Below the pieces are notes generated by a model. That model made no database searches. It saw nothing but the letters and a program-made list of their open reading frames with translations, and was not told the origin of the DNA. A program made the position numbers and the translations under genes. This document shows, one piece after another, positions 1 to 24,023 of a DNA stretch of 64,000 bases (positions are counted from its first letter, which is position 1; every line of letters begins with the position of its first letter). The DNA comes from Gordius albopunctatus (taxonomy: Eukaryota): NCBI GenBank assembly GCA_964276515.1, contig OZ193909.1, positions 4,774,001 through 4,838,000 of the forward strand, read 5' to 3'.

Positions 1-374
1 TTTTTATTACTATATACTAAATCAATTAACCATTATAAAGCAAGTTAATTATTGAATGGTTGGTAATGGATTTTAAGTGACAAGATTACCCAAAAAATTT
101 TATTATGAAAAAAGACATCCATCTTAATTTTAAAACTTCTCTGGAACACCTTAGCTACGCCATTGGTATTATACTATCTTTTGATAGATATTGTACTAAC
201 AAAATAGTGAAACGGAAGTGCTAGACTCGATTGAGAAAGCGTCGATCAAATAGTTTTAAAAATTGTCGTTTTAATACTTTTATAACCATAATTAAATACA
301 ATACTATTTATTTTTTAGGCGAAGCATTGGTTTCATTGTCCACTTACTTTTTCATCACTTTTCTGCTATCTATC

Positions 375-567
375 TGTAGAGGATAACTGACGATGTATAA
401 TGTACGCTAAAGTTCTATGGTGCCCATGGTGTAAAAAGGATACAGCACGTGATTATATATTTTGGTTCTTTCCTCTCGCGTTTTTCTTATTATCGTTTAT
501 TCGATCGCGTTTGTTCTCTTCTCGCGCATGTTACTTGTAACGTAATTATATCCTATTAGCTTTAACA
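375..567 (+). repeat. 5' LTR of the gypsy element (193 bp)
   Basis: Begins TGTAGAGGATAACTGACG and ends GCTTTAACA; matches 4313-4498 and, inverted, 50494-50696. Confidence 0.95.
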
Positions 568-598
568 TTGGTTTGGTGCATGAATCGTTAGAAACGAC

Positions 599-3500
599 AT
601 GGAATTATTCAGATTAGGAGATTCTATTGAAACATTTCTTATTCACTTCGAGGCCAACATCAAGGCACAGTCAGGGACGTTATCTGATACCCAGAAAACG
701 TACAGGTTGCTAAGTTTTTTTATCGGCGGAGGCGTTTAAGGTTATCGCGGACGACGCGTACGCGGATAACCCTACCGAATGGACGTTCGAGGAAGCGACC
801 AGGAAAGCGAAGAAGGTGTTTAAGGGGCAGACCTGCCCTCTTGCGCAAAGATTCATTTTTGGAAATATTTGACAAATGCAGGGGGAGGAGGTGATGCAGT
901 TCATACGCAGGCTCAAGCAGGCCTCAAAAGACTGCGGTGTTTATCCTGGGGCATTATCGGCCAGGATGCTCGATCAGCTGATTCTAGGACTCCACGAACC
1001 GACGGTGTAGGCTTCGTTTATGGCCAAGAAGGATCTCAAATGAGACAAGGACGTGGAGATCGCCCTAGGTCGGGAGGCAATCGGCGAAGGCCTAAGGACA
1101 ATGCACCAGCCAGTGGGCGAGGCATTTGCGTTCGAAGCGACGAGGACGGGCCCGAGTATGACCAGGTTCGGCCATGCATTAGATATTTTGATTATTGATT
1201 TATATGTTAATAACACCTTGATAACTTTTCTTACAATCGTGCCGGCCGGCCAAGTTGTGGAAGGAGCGCTTGCCTTTTCAAACAAACCCGAGACCTTCCA
1301 TATATGCGTTCGGCGGCAAGGAGATAAAGATTATCTGTGACGTAACAACCGAGGCCCGTCTAGGTTCAAGCCGAAAGCGCCTGCCGCTGTTAGTGGTGGA
1401 TGTAATGGGACCGCCCTTACTCGGAACAAATTGGATAAAATAGTTCGGAAAAGACATATGGGAGCTAGCCACCTGGAATTCGCGAACCGTCATGTAGCGT
1501 TACATAGTGAATTTTGTCGAGGAGAAGGCCCTAAAAGAGCCGCTCGTAACCAATAGACACGTCGAAGATATGGTTCGGTGGATGACGATGCAGAAGGGGG
1601 CCAATCCGCAAGCGGTGAGGGACATTGAAGTCGACGTGCCAGTGGAAAGTGGGATCAAACCTGTGTTTATCCCTGCATGCCGAGTACCCTTAGTTTGGAG
1701 AAGGGAGGTAGAGGAAGAATTGGACAAGTGGGTTAATGACGACATAATAGAGCCTGTGGAATATTTACGCTGGGCAAGCCCGTTGGTGCCAGTGCGAAGG
1801 AGCGACGTGAGCTTTAGGCTCTGCATTGACTACCGATTTACGGTCAATAAATATGCTCAAGGGCTATTGTATCCCCTAACAAAGATTGACGAGCTTCTTA
1901 ATCAGCTATAGAATGCTGCAGTCTTCTCAAAAATAGATCTCACCAAGGTCTACCACCAGCTAAGGGTTAGTATAGAAACGAGTCACTTGCTAACAATTTC
2001 AACTCACAAGGGGCTCTTTAGAGTGAAGCGAATGCCGTTCGGGCTCAAGTGTGCTGCAGCCATTTTTCGGAAAACGATGGATCAAATATTTGGCGGCATG
2101 CAGGGTGTGGTAGTATATATCAATGATTTATTGGTAGTAGGGGATACGGAAGAGATCCACAACAAACGATTGAATAGGGTCCTGACAACGTTACACGATT
2201 GTGGTTTAGTCCCAAATTTTTCCAAGAGCGTGCTGGCTGTTACAGAAGTGACTTTCTTAGGCTACATCATCAGCAACAAAGGGGTACAGGTGAATTATGA
2301 GAAGGCTAGAGTGGTCCTGGAATGGAGACAACTAACAAATAAAAACGAGGTCAAATCCTTTTTGGGCCTTACATCATATTTTGCGAAGTTTATCAAGAAT
2401 TACGCCCAAGTAGTTCAACCCATTCAGAGGTTGGCGAAAGCGAACACGGTTTTCCAGTGGGGTGAGGAGCAGCAGGCCGCCTTTGAAAACATAAAGACGG
2501 CGCTTATAACGGCCCCGGTGTTAGCCTACTTTAATGGAGAGTGGGAAACAGGATTAGCAGTCGATGCATCGGGAAAAAGACTTGGGGCTATATTACAGCA
2601 GCGACCGCCGGATGGAAAATGGAGAGTAGTGGCTTACGCGTCAAGAGCCCTAAACAAAGTCGAGGGCCGTTATTCTACTATAGAGCGCGAGATTTTGGAG
2701 GTAATTAACGAAATAAACAAGTTTAATATTTTGTACAGGGAAGAGAGATTTATATCCTAACGGACCCCAAGCCATTGTTATATATTTTCGTTCAAAGCAA
2801 AAGAGGGAAGGAACAGTAGTCGCCGCGGTTAATGCGATGGGCCTTATTTGTCTCAGGTTATACAGCGAAGTTCGCTTATAGCAAGGGTGAAGACAACGCA
2901 GCCAATTTTTGTCGAGACGACCAAGCGAGCAGGCTTTCCTAGTTACCGAAGAGGTACTAGAGGATACCGCGAACGCGTTTATCTCACTTGGAGTTATACG
3001 ACAGCACACCGCCAACGACGAGATGTTACGGCATCTCAAATAATGGATAAAGAAGACGCAAAATGGCACAGTAGTCGCGGGTACTATGCGCCTCTACGAA
3101 AGGTACCTGCCGAAGATACACGAGTCCAATGATGTTATTTTCTACAAGGGACGACGGGTCCTCATTCCAGCCAGATTAAGGTAAGCGGTACTACAACGAT
3201 TACACAAGGGCCAGGTGGGCGTTAAGCGAATGCAACAGGTGGCGGCTCAATATGTACGGTAACCAACATTGATTCAGGATATCGCAAACCTAGCGAAAAG
3301 TTGCAGGGCATACAGGTGCACGGCCGCAGCACCAAAAAGGCGCTGTTGATCAAAGGTAAACAAAAATTTAGGCCTTGGATGAAGGTACACGTGGATTTGT
3401 TTTGGCCGGTGCGCGGCAAGTCGTATTTAGTCTTGGTGGATAATGGAAAAAAATGGTTGGAGGTTTTCAAATTAGAAGATACGTCAACTTCCACCATAAT

Positions 3501-4317
3501 CAAGGTGTTCGCCAGGTTCGGTAGCCTACCAGTCCTTATATCGGATAACGGTCCGCAGTTTAGAAGCCAGGAGATTCTAGGATTTTGTAGACGTAGGGGG
3601 ATAAAACAAGGTTGGTCAGCACCTTATCAGCCTGCGTCAAATGGATTGGCGGAAAGGTACGTGCGACTAGCAAAGGAGGCGGTTGTGCTCAACAAGCCCG
3701 AAATTGGTTTAAGCTTATTCCTAGAAAATTACAGGGCAACCATTTACCCAGCGACTGGGGTAACTCCTGCAGAAGGAATGTTAAGGCGGAAAATTCGAAC
3801 CGAGTGGAAAGTGTTACAAGAAATTGAACCTCAAAATTGGACGGAGAGCGGAAAATCGCGCACGTACGACGTAGGAGACCCAGTGTGGGTGCGTATGATT
3901 CTGGGGCCCGATAAATGGGTGGAGGACACCGTTATTTTCAAGCGCGGGGCGCGCTCGTTCGATATTAGGGCCCTAGGGAAAAGCCATCATTGACATTTGG
4001 ATCAGTTGATACCAAGGAAAATATTGGAATGGAGAATGGTTGGACATGAAAATGGATAGCCGGACCGGGATACGCTCGCGCGATCGAGTCCCATTGCAAA
4101 TGAGCCAATAGATGCAAGCCCCTTGCCAACGGCATTCCGTCAAGGTTCCCTGCCAATAATTCCCAATGACAATGCCGCTACAGAAGCGGGTGAACACAAT
4201 GCCCTTCCCATGGCTCTGGAGCTTAACAAGGCCCCGCCTGAGTTTAGATACCCGCGCCGGGTACGACAGGCCCCAAGCTACCTAAAGCATTATCTTTGTA
4301 AAAAAGGGGAAGTGTAG
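599..4317 (+). pseudogene. Disrupted gag-pol of the gypsy element
   Basis: Gag-like QRFIF..*QMQGEEVMQFIRRLKQASKDC; protease C-terminus PPLLGTNWI; RT WASPLVPV, RLCIDYR, RMPFGL, YIND (YxDD mutated); RNase H VDASG..LGAIL..VAYASRAL; integrase VHVDLF, ISDNGPQF, SNGLAER. Several stops and frameshifts. Confidence 0.92.
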
Positions 4318-4498
4318 AGGATAACTGACGATGTATAATGTACGCTAAAGTTCTATGTTGCCTGTGGAGTAAGAAGGATGCAGCACGTGATTATATATTT
4401 TGGTTCTTTCCTCTTGCGTTTTTCTTATAATCTAATAATCGATCGCGTTTTTTCTCTCGTCTCCCATTTATTCCTAATAAATTCAAATAGCTTTAACA
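4313..4498 (+). repeat. 3' LTR of the gypsy element (186 bp)
   Basis: Follows the PPT directly; TG...CA ends; followed by TSD CTATC. Confidence 0.95.
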
Positions 4499-4811
4499 CT
4501 ATCTTAAAAATATATGACATATTATCAACGTTCATCAATCGTTATTGTATGTTTTTTAGGCCTAGATTATATTAAAAACACTCGTTATAATTCATGCTTT
4601 TAGTTATTTCCATATTAAATAAATGATGGTTAACAATACTATTTTAGTTGCTAATGTGGGTTAAAAGTTTTTATAAAGCTTTCTTTTAGAACTAACTTAT
4701 GTCTAGATTTAGTATCTGAGTATAGAAAAATAATTTACAAGTTGGTTGTTCACGTAATATAGATCAGCTGTTCCCAAAGTTTCTGCAATTCTTCAACCAC
4801 AAAAGCTTTAA

Positions 4812-7800
4812 ATGACTGGCTTGCAAGAATCTAACAATCCAAATTGCCTTCAAAACAATACAGCTCCATATGATTATCATCTTAAATTTTTACTGGTTGG
4901 AGATAGTGATGTGGGGAAGGCTGAAATACTTAATTACTTGGAGGGTTATTATGAAAACAATTTACTAGGTAAAATAAATTTTTATCTTATTTATATTTTT
5001 TATAGGTGTATACTCTAAAACCTCGTTGTTTTACTTAGAAAATAAGAGAATAAAACTGCAACTATGGTAAGTGTATTCATACTTAGTTCATTAGCTTGTT
5101 ATAGGGATACATCTGGCCAAGGGCGCTTCTGCACAATAATCAGATCATATTCTAGGGGGGCTCATGTATTGTTATATTTTACTAAAAGTTAATTATTTTT
5201 AAGGGTGTTCTTATGGTATATGATATCACCAACAAATGGTCCTTTAAAGGAATTGATAGATGGCTGAAAGAATTAGACAATGTAATCATTAATTTTAAAA
5301 TGAATATTCTTAAGCGAATTAATCCTATACATGCCAAATTTATTAACAAAACACAATTTAATATTCTCTTTTTAACAAATTTTTAATCAATTATGCATTT
5401 TTTTGTTAATTGACTTCACTTGATTTACATTTGATGTAATTATCCCCGTTTTAACTATTTTTTTTGTTATATATATAATTTTACTAATTTGGGCCTAAAT
5501 TTAAGTTTTTACCTCCTTACTTTATTTTTTATGTGTTCAAGCCATATATAGTTGCAAAGCTATTATTTTGAAATTTATGACTTCTCTAAGGCCAATATGT
5601 TAGCTTACTTTAATATTAGGCAGCAACATTTTAAATGACAGTAAAGTTTAAAAAAATTTATAATTATATCAAGAATGAACATTTTTTTAAAATCTTTTAA
5701 TCCTTTATAGTTCAATTAATAAATTGCTTTTTCTAATTACATGCAAGGCTACTTGCTTCATGAAAATTTAATTAGTATAAAAACTGTGTTCCTAAAAGCC
5801 ACTCCATATCAACTTTTGAGTTGTGACACATTTTGCAATTAAATAATCAATTTTATTAAGGCTGGTCTGGATTGTGTGACAAATATTTTTGAAGCCAACT
5901 TTTAATTTAGTAATTAATTCACTTGTTTATGGTAGATATAGATTAAATTTGGTGCAACTGTGTTCAACATGCATACCTTAATTCATTTTAAATTGTTTCC
6001 CTTAGTTTTGTAATTCCCAAAACATATGTCTAATTTTTGCTAATGTTCAGTCTAAAATACATTTATATTCCCCCTCTTGTTACAGGGTTTAACAAACCAT
6101 AATAGAAGCATTTAAAACACTAGCGATTAATTGGTCAAACGTATGAGTAATGCTAGAAGGTCACAATTAAATTGTATTGCTAGTTTTATAGCCAATTTTA
6201 AATGCCACTAAATTTAGACTATATTAAATTTTGCTAAAAACTTTTTTTATAACAATATATTTATACAAGCTATTCCCCCAATCAAATATTCATGATGAAT
6301 TCTTAATAAAGGTTTCCTAAGTATGTTGCCTCCACCCGTCCCCTTTGAAGTTATTTTTTGTTAAAAATCCGAAAAATTGACTTTGAAAACAAGATATCTA
6401 TAAAATATAGAACAAATTGCGTGATTGAAAATAAATTATTCTGACATAGGCGTAGCCGGGGGGTGGCACGCAGGGGCCCACGTAAACCCAAAAATTCTTA
6501 AATTTAATTTTATGGATAAAATTTCAAAAAATTATCATATTGCTCCGCCCTAGATCATTACTGCCCCCCTCCCCTCCTCTAGTAGTTACAATACAATCAT
6601 GGCTAAGCCCACGTATTCGTCTGATATAAAATTATCGAGATCGTCTTTTCCTCACTTCAAACCTCAAATTTTAGCCGTAAATAATAAGAATCTAACTAAA
6701 CTTTATGTGAAAGTTTGAACCCTGGGTTGTTACTCTTAGTTCTCTCGAATCTAGCCGTTTTCAAACCTTGGGTAGGAGGGGAGTTGTTGTGAAATTATAA
6801 AAAGTTTGTTGAGTTTATCTTTTTAAAATAGGTGAATTCCATCCGATTCCGAGGCATTCAACGACCCCACATCATTTAGATTTTAAACTTTCATAAGTTA
6901 ACATTGCGTCGTGATTATTATTTATTGTGAATAAGGGTCATCATGTATTTTTAATAAAGGGGACCACCTAAAAGTCTGGAAATAAATTAGGTAGCGTCTA
7001 AATAAATGTTTTTCGGAAGTTTTATCATTAATTAATAAAAAATAAAGGGGGGTTTTTTGCCGTAATATGCCCACAAATTTAGTCCTAACTCTGTTGAAAC
7101 TCGTCATAGCACATCCCGGGCATACCCAAGATATTGATAGGGAATCGATTGCACTTGGAGTACAAGAGGGAAGTTAGTTTGGAGCAGGCTGAACAGTACG
7201 CGGCCAAGTATAACATGGAATTTTTCGAAGTCAGTCCGTTGTGTAGTTTCAACGTTAACGAGGCCATCATCGAGTTGGTGGCTTTAGCCCTGCACCGTAT
7301 TGGTATGGAAAAGATTTGGACCTCTCGAGACGGTACCCTTTATTTTTTTGCATTCAATCCCACTACTGTTGTAAAACCGGCTGGGTTTTGCTTGGTCCAC
7401 CTCTGGTTTTAGTCGACTATAAAAAACACAAAACCTTGGGTCTGTGTCTATGCGACTAGGGCCTTGTCTTAATATCGGATTCAGATTCAAATGGCGCGAA
7501 TTTATCTTTATCAGATATCCGATTCAATTTCATGTCTCAAACTCGGTTGTAAATATTAATGTATTGTTTTTTGATAGTTAAAAATGTTTTTTGTTGTTTA
7601 TTTCAACTCTTGAGATTAATAGCTGTTATATTATGCGTCTGAAATGTAAATCTGCTGTGAATTCGAAGTTAAGACACGGTTATATTATAACCCGCACAAC
7701 GATTTTTGCTGCGCAGCAAAATCCGATATTAAGACAAGCCCTAAGAAAGAGAGACCAACTCAGCCCCCGTTTTTACACTATATCCCACTTGATTTTGCCT

Positions 7801-9418
7801 CATAAAGGCAGTATCAGCCCTTTAGGCCTTCCATTATGTGTCTTATCGGATCACGCAACTCCAAGATCTATCGGGTTAATCGTGTGGGCTCCCCACATAT
7901 TCACCCGAGCGTTAAGTAGTAGTGTTGTAAAGCGGTTGGTTGGGTTTTGCTTGGTCCACCTTTGGTTTAACTAAGTAAGACTAACGCTCGATTTTCAAAT
8001 TTTGATTAAGATTTTAGAGGTCAACACTAACGTTAGGACGCCCGAGCTTTTTTCCATTTTAGGTATCGGGTATAAAATCAAATTAGGCATATTTGCATCA
8101 GCTTATTATTACGAAAGGGGGGAGGAATGTTATGTTTCAAGTTTCTAAACGTAGACGCTGATGTAGTGGTGCGAACAAGGCACCACCCTGATATTAAGTC
8201 GGTTTTTTTGAAAAATAATTTTTGCCTTTATATTTCATGGATGAACCACATTTATTTTAATCATGGGCAGCCTTAATAACAACCCCTTGCAAGGTTAAAA
8301 TTTGTTAAAAGGTGCGGAAGGATTTATGCATTAATGTGTGTTTTGATTAAATGGCTGCTTTAAATAATTTCTTTGCGGGCTTTAACAAGTATACACGTTT
8401 TAGGGCAATTATTACCATCCTTATGCTAAAACTTCTAGTCGTAGAACTCGGGGAAATCTTAAAATGCAATAGCGTTGCAACGACTTGATGATACTCTTTG
8501 AAATTAATTTCATTCCAAAGTTTTCCCAACAATACATAACTTTGAAGTTTCAATACGTTTATCGTAGCTTTCTTTGACATACCTTTCTGCCGCTCTAAAA
8601 ATATGTAACAGGGCTAAAAAATTTAGCAGGTTAAATACTATACTACTATGTCGTGTATTATCTAAGTTGCTCGAGGTATTTTTTATTGATTGACGAAATT
8701 GTGACGGTTTTAAGTATAATTTAACATGGCGAACATTCGCTTTCAAATATAATATTGAGTAAATTAAATGATAGCGCATAAAAGCCCAGGTCCAGTATTG
8801 TTGCAAAAAATAATCATTTAAAGAATCCGGGAATTTTTAATAGCCAGAGATATTTTTCCTACAATTCATAAAAATAACAATCCCCCTCTCGGGTCAACTT
8901 TGTGAACAATAAATTAATGCTGTACAAAACACTTTTTCTCCATTCTCGCAGTGTCCACGTTACAGGAGCTATGCTGTGAATCCCTGCTGACTTCGGTCAA
9001 ATTTTTCGACATTAACCGGCTGTGCCTGCCCAACTCGGTGAAATCTCAACTCAAAACCTATTTCATGATGCACCACAAAAAGAAAAACGAACTCCGCTTT
9101 CCCAAAGGTTGCCTTCGGCCCAGCAGCAAAGCCAATCCTCAAACCTCGACCACAAACTCATTCAGCGCCGGATCGGGTTCTTGTTCGGGTTTCGGAAGCT
9201 TATGTAGCAAAAACCGAACTTTAAGTCATACCAACCCCAAAACCCCGAAGAGTGGTGACAAAAGTGACACGTGTTCCTTTAGGCGTTATAAACTTCCGCA
9301 AATCAGTAAATTAACGCTGTTGGCTCATTCGGCCGGCAAATGCTTCCGCCTGAGGCGACCTCCCAGCATTAATGCTACCAACACCAATAAACAACTCCCC
9401 TCGCGTACCCTTTTATGA
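4812..9418 (+). CDS. Rab40: Ras-related protein Rab-40 (Rab GTPase plus SOCS box), 6 coding exons
   Basis: Exons 4812-4968, 5006-5066, 5105-5165, 5204-5281, 7110-7332, 8952-9418, all GT-AG and in frame. Rab40-diagnostic motifs YDYHLKFLLVGDSDVGK, WDTSGQGRFCTIIRSYSRGA, YDITNKWSF, GNRLHL, FFEVSPLC; SOCS box VSTLQELCC...LPNSVKSQLK. Confidence 0.95.
6445..6613. mobile_element. MITE of the CA(T/G)(G/T)GGCGTA-ended hAT-like family
   Basis: Ends CATAGGCGTAGCC ... GGCTAAGCCCACG; G-runs and C-runs inside; imperfect flanking duplication TATTC. Confidence 0.6.
7460..7741. mobile_element. PIF/Harbinger-type (Tourist-like) MITE
   Basis: TIR GGCCTTGTCTTAATATCGGATT / AATCCGATATTAAGACAAGCCC; flanked by TAG and TAA trinucleotides. 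Confidence 0.75.
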
Positions 9419-10310
9419 CGATTTCCCATTCGAATGGGACGTTAAATTACCTCTTTCATTCCAATCTTTACACCAAAGATTTTGGTTATAAACCACCTCG
9501 TCTCTACATACTAATTTATGAAATAATACACTTGTGGCTAGCTCGATTTTCGCAATTTATAATCTTTTTCAATTTTACATCATCACGCCATCGCGCGCGT
9601 GAAGGTTGCATAGTATTATTCTATTTAATCCATCATTACCCGCGTTCCCCGTAATATATGTAAGTATCCGTGTGGCCAAATCTCGCTTTTAAATAATTCT
9701 CTCATCTTTCGAATCTTCGAAAAAAACTCTTTAATACGCTTTTTTATACGAATTTTAGTGATTAATGTAGTCGTGATAATTGTGTATTACTGTGAAAACT
9801 AAAGTTGAAGTTGTAATTTTATATATGGTAGGGAGTGCGAGAGTATCTAACTAAATTGTAAATGCCGAAAATGCTAGAGATTATTTTTATTTATTCCTCA
9901 CCTTTTTGATGCATAAATCCCCACATAACAAAATACTGAGTTAATTAAAATTCAAACTTTTTATTTAAGGATGCTAAAATGTGCCCATGCTTCTAATTAT
10001 ATATTAAATAAAGTTGGAGGTTTGGGTAAGGTTTATTACGAGTATTTATGATCTGATTCCAATAATTACATTGATTCTGCCAATCTTTAACTGAATTTAT
10101 ATTATAACTATCCATTGTTAAAATTAAATAATAACATATTGTCATAAAGAACATAATTTATTACAATATAATGATGGCGTTGTGAAACAATAAATATTAC
10201 ATAGCAAGTCGGGCTATCTATAATATATCAAATTAATATATATATAAAGGTTTTGGAGCTATATGTTACTATTTAAAAAGTTTTAATATGTAGGCTTATT
10301 CAAGATTCCC

Positions 10311-21713
<11,403 letters not shown>

Positions 21714-21769
21714 TTTAAACTTTTTCGCAAATCAGCTGTGATTTGCTTATGTCCATAGGACCAAATGAA

Positions 21770-23345
21770 TAAATCCTCTTCATTTTTTATCAAGTATTTG
21801 GTCCCACAGTCGTAGGGTTTTTTTTGGTGAGTTTCTTCTATCTTGATCGAGAAAGTGTTATTTCTCGATTTATTTTCTTAGATTTTATAAATTTGTGTAC
21901 TTGCCCTTCTTATGTGACACTAGGCCGTCGTCCTATTCTCTTTCCCGGTACCTTCATATCAAGTGCTATTTGGAACGTTTCGCCCCCCCCCTAATCCAAG
22001 GCCTGGCTACGCCCATGGCTATTAGAATTTTATTATTCATCTCCCTTCTTAATATAATGTCCATAATACTTTAGTAATATTTTTGTTAATCATGTCCACC
22101 ATAGGTTGAATACCCGCTTTTGTCATGAGAAAGTTATTCGTCATATGGTCGAGCTTAGTGTACCCCAAGCTCCACCACATCATTCTCATATCCGTGGCTT
22201 AACCTATCCTTTTTGAATCCGGGCTTTGGCTTCTGTTGCACAACCTTTCTCTTGATCTAACATCGATTTGAGGTATGAAAACCTGTCTGCTTTTGGGTAC
22301 TTTAGATGGTCATCAGAGATTGGGCGCTTGTAATGTTCATCATTATGCATACTGTTCAGTGGCGTAAATGAGGGGGGTTGGGGAGGGGTTGGACGGGAAT
22401 CCCCCCCCCCTGTTTTTTGATTAATAACTAAATTAAATGGGTTAAAACATTATATTTTAGTTACATCAAAGGTTTTAAAACAATTATAAAAACCTAGAAA
22501 CATAATATATATATTTAATTTTTTTGATATTTTTTGACAAGATGCGTTCTAAAATTTCAGAATATGATTGTGAAAATTGCTATTTATTTCCCGAGAAAAC
22601 ACCAGACCGCCCTAGGAAGTAGATAACTAAGCGATTATTATAATGTTTCTCATTCTGTATAATATTAATACTTTTATCATTTATCATATTTCTCTAAATT
22701 TTTCTGCTAGAACCCATCACGGTTTAATAACTAAATTGCCTTTTTAATTGCCCAATCCACTAATGCTGCCCGAACAGCCGGGCCCAAAATAACGATTTTA
22801 AATATCAGAATTAATTTTGTCTTATTTTCAAAAAAAACTTTGCTCAAATTCTAGAATTTTTGAAAGGTGACAAAAATATCGTAAACTATATAAAAAATCT
22901 CATTAAGTTACCCGCCCAGGCCTACTTAAGAATCTTAATTTAGAACGATAGCCTGTCCGACCCCTTAGCCGAGTGGGCCCAGCAGCGAGCCCGACTTTTT
23001 GGTTGTTTAAATTTTACTTTTAATTACAAATGAAATGGGGGAAGGTTTTTTGACAGATTTCCCCCCCCCCTGGTAAAAATCCTGTCTACGCGCATGATAC
23101 TGTTGTTCAATTGTTGATCTTTAAAGCATATCCACCTAAGCGCTTTCACCACTTTTTGGTTTCTTTGAATACTTTCTTTTTTGTCTCTTCGCATAGTACT
23201 ATATCATCGGCATATAGCATACACCATGGCGATGGCTTTTGAATGTCACTTGTTAACATGTCCACAATTATATTAAATAAAAGGGGACTTAGAGTAGATC
23301 CTTGTTGTAATCCAACTTCAACGCGAAAAAAGTTTCGAGTCTCCT
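21770..23345 (-). mobile_element. Decayed RTE-clade LINE fragment (second family), split by a hAT insertion
   Basis: Minus-strand remnants PWCMLYADDIVL (~23200) and DMRMMWWSLGYTKLDHMTN (~22140-22195); 3' end similar to 54606-54700. Confidence 0.8.
22357..23096. mobile_element. hAT-like non-autonomous element (CAGTGGCGTA family) inserted in the RTE fragment
   Basis: CAGTGGCGTA...TACGCGCATG; perfect 8-bp TSD ATACTGTT. Confidence 0.88.
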
Positions 23346-23479
23346 ACTGTCGTCCTATCGCACAAATTTGAGGCTTGATGCAATCACTTTTTATCAATTT
23401 TCAAATATAACAAACAAATAAATCGTATACTCCATTACAGGATTTAATTATATATATAGACAAAAATTGGTAGCCTACC

Positions 23480-23720
23480 TACGGCAAACATGATTAACGA
23501 AAAATCGGCTATGGTGTTATGGGTATATATTAAGAAGGGAGAAGAATTTTATAAATCGAATACTGGACATGGAGGTACCAGGGAAGAGACGAAGAAGACG
23601 ACCTCGAGTCACGCCTAAAGGGCAAGTCGATAAATTTGTTGAAACAAAAGAAATTAGTCAAGACATGGCACTTACCCGGTCAAAATAATATAACAAGAGA
23701 TTTTAAGCAAGAGATAGATG
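23480..23720 (+). mobile_element. RTE LINE 3' fragment
   Basis: Remnant RILDMEVPGKRRRRRP; inverted relative to the similar fragments at ~21800-22100 and ~54660-54880. Confidence 0.7.
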
Positions 23721-24023
23721 AGAGGAAAGAAGTGTAGTTGTAGTATAGTAGTAATGTTTAAGCTTACCAAAGGGATTGGGAAGGAAAATATACTCTAAAT
23801 CTGGGGCGATTTTAAAATATTAGATATAGGGAATAGGTGAAATAAACAGGTAAATCAAAAATAAAAAAATACAGATAAAAAATTGTTTTTGTGTGAATTT
23901 CTTCTATATTTATTTTACTGCCAACAAATATTTTTATAAATTTTTGTCGATTTTTTTTCTCGGTATACACCTCTAAAAAGGGGCAAAAACGTTCATTTTT
24001 GCAACTTTCAAGTTAATTATTTC

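Larger units (their letters stand above)
375..4498 (+). mobile_element. Full-length but decayed Ty3/gypsy (Mag-like) LTR retrotransposon
   Basis: TG...CA LTRs at 375-567 and 4313-4498; 5-bp TSD CTATC at 370-374 and 4499-4503; polypurine tract AAAAAAGGGGAAG at 4300-4312; gag-PR-RT-RH-INT domain order. Confidence 0.95.

Noticed and set aside
387..420. Hammerhead ribozyme in the gypsy LTR (CTGACGA core, retrozyme-like)
   Set aside because: No GAAA core or compatible stems follow.
7591..7974. 127-aa ORF in Rab40 intron 5
   Set aside because: Runs across two unrelated MITEs; spurious.
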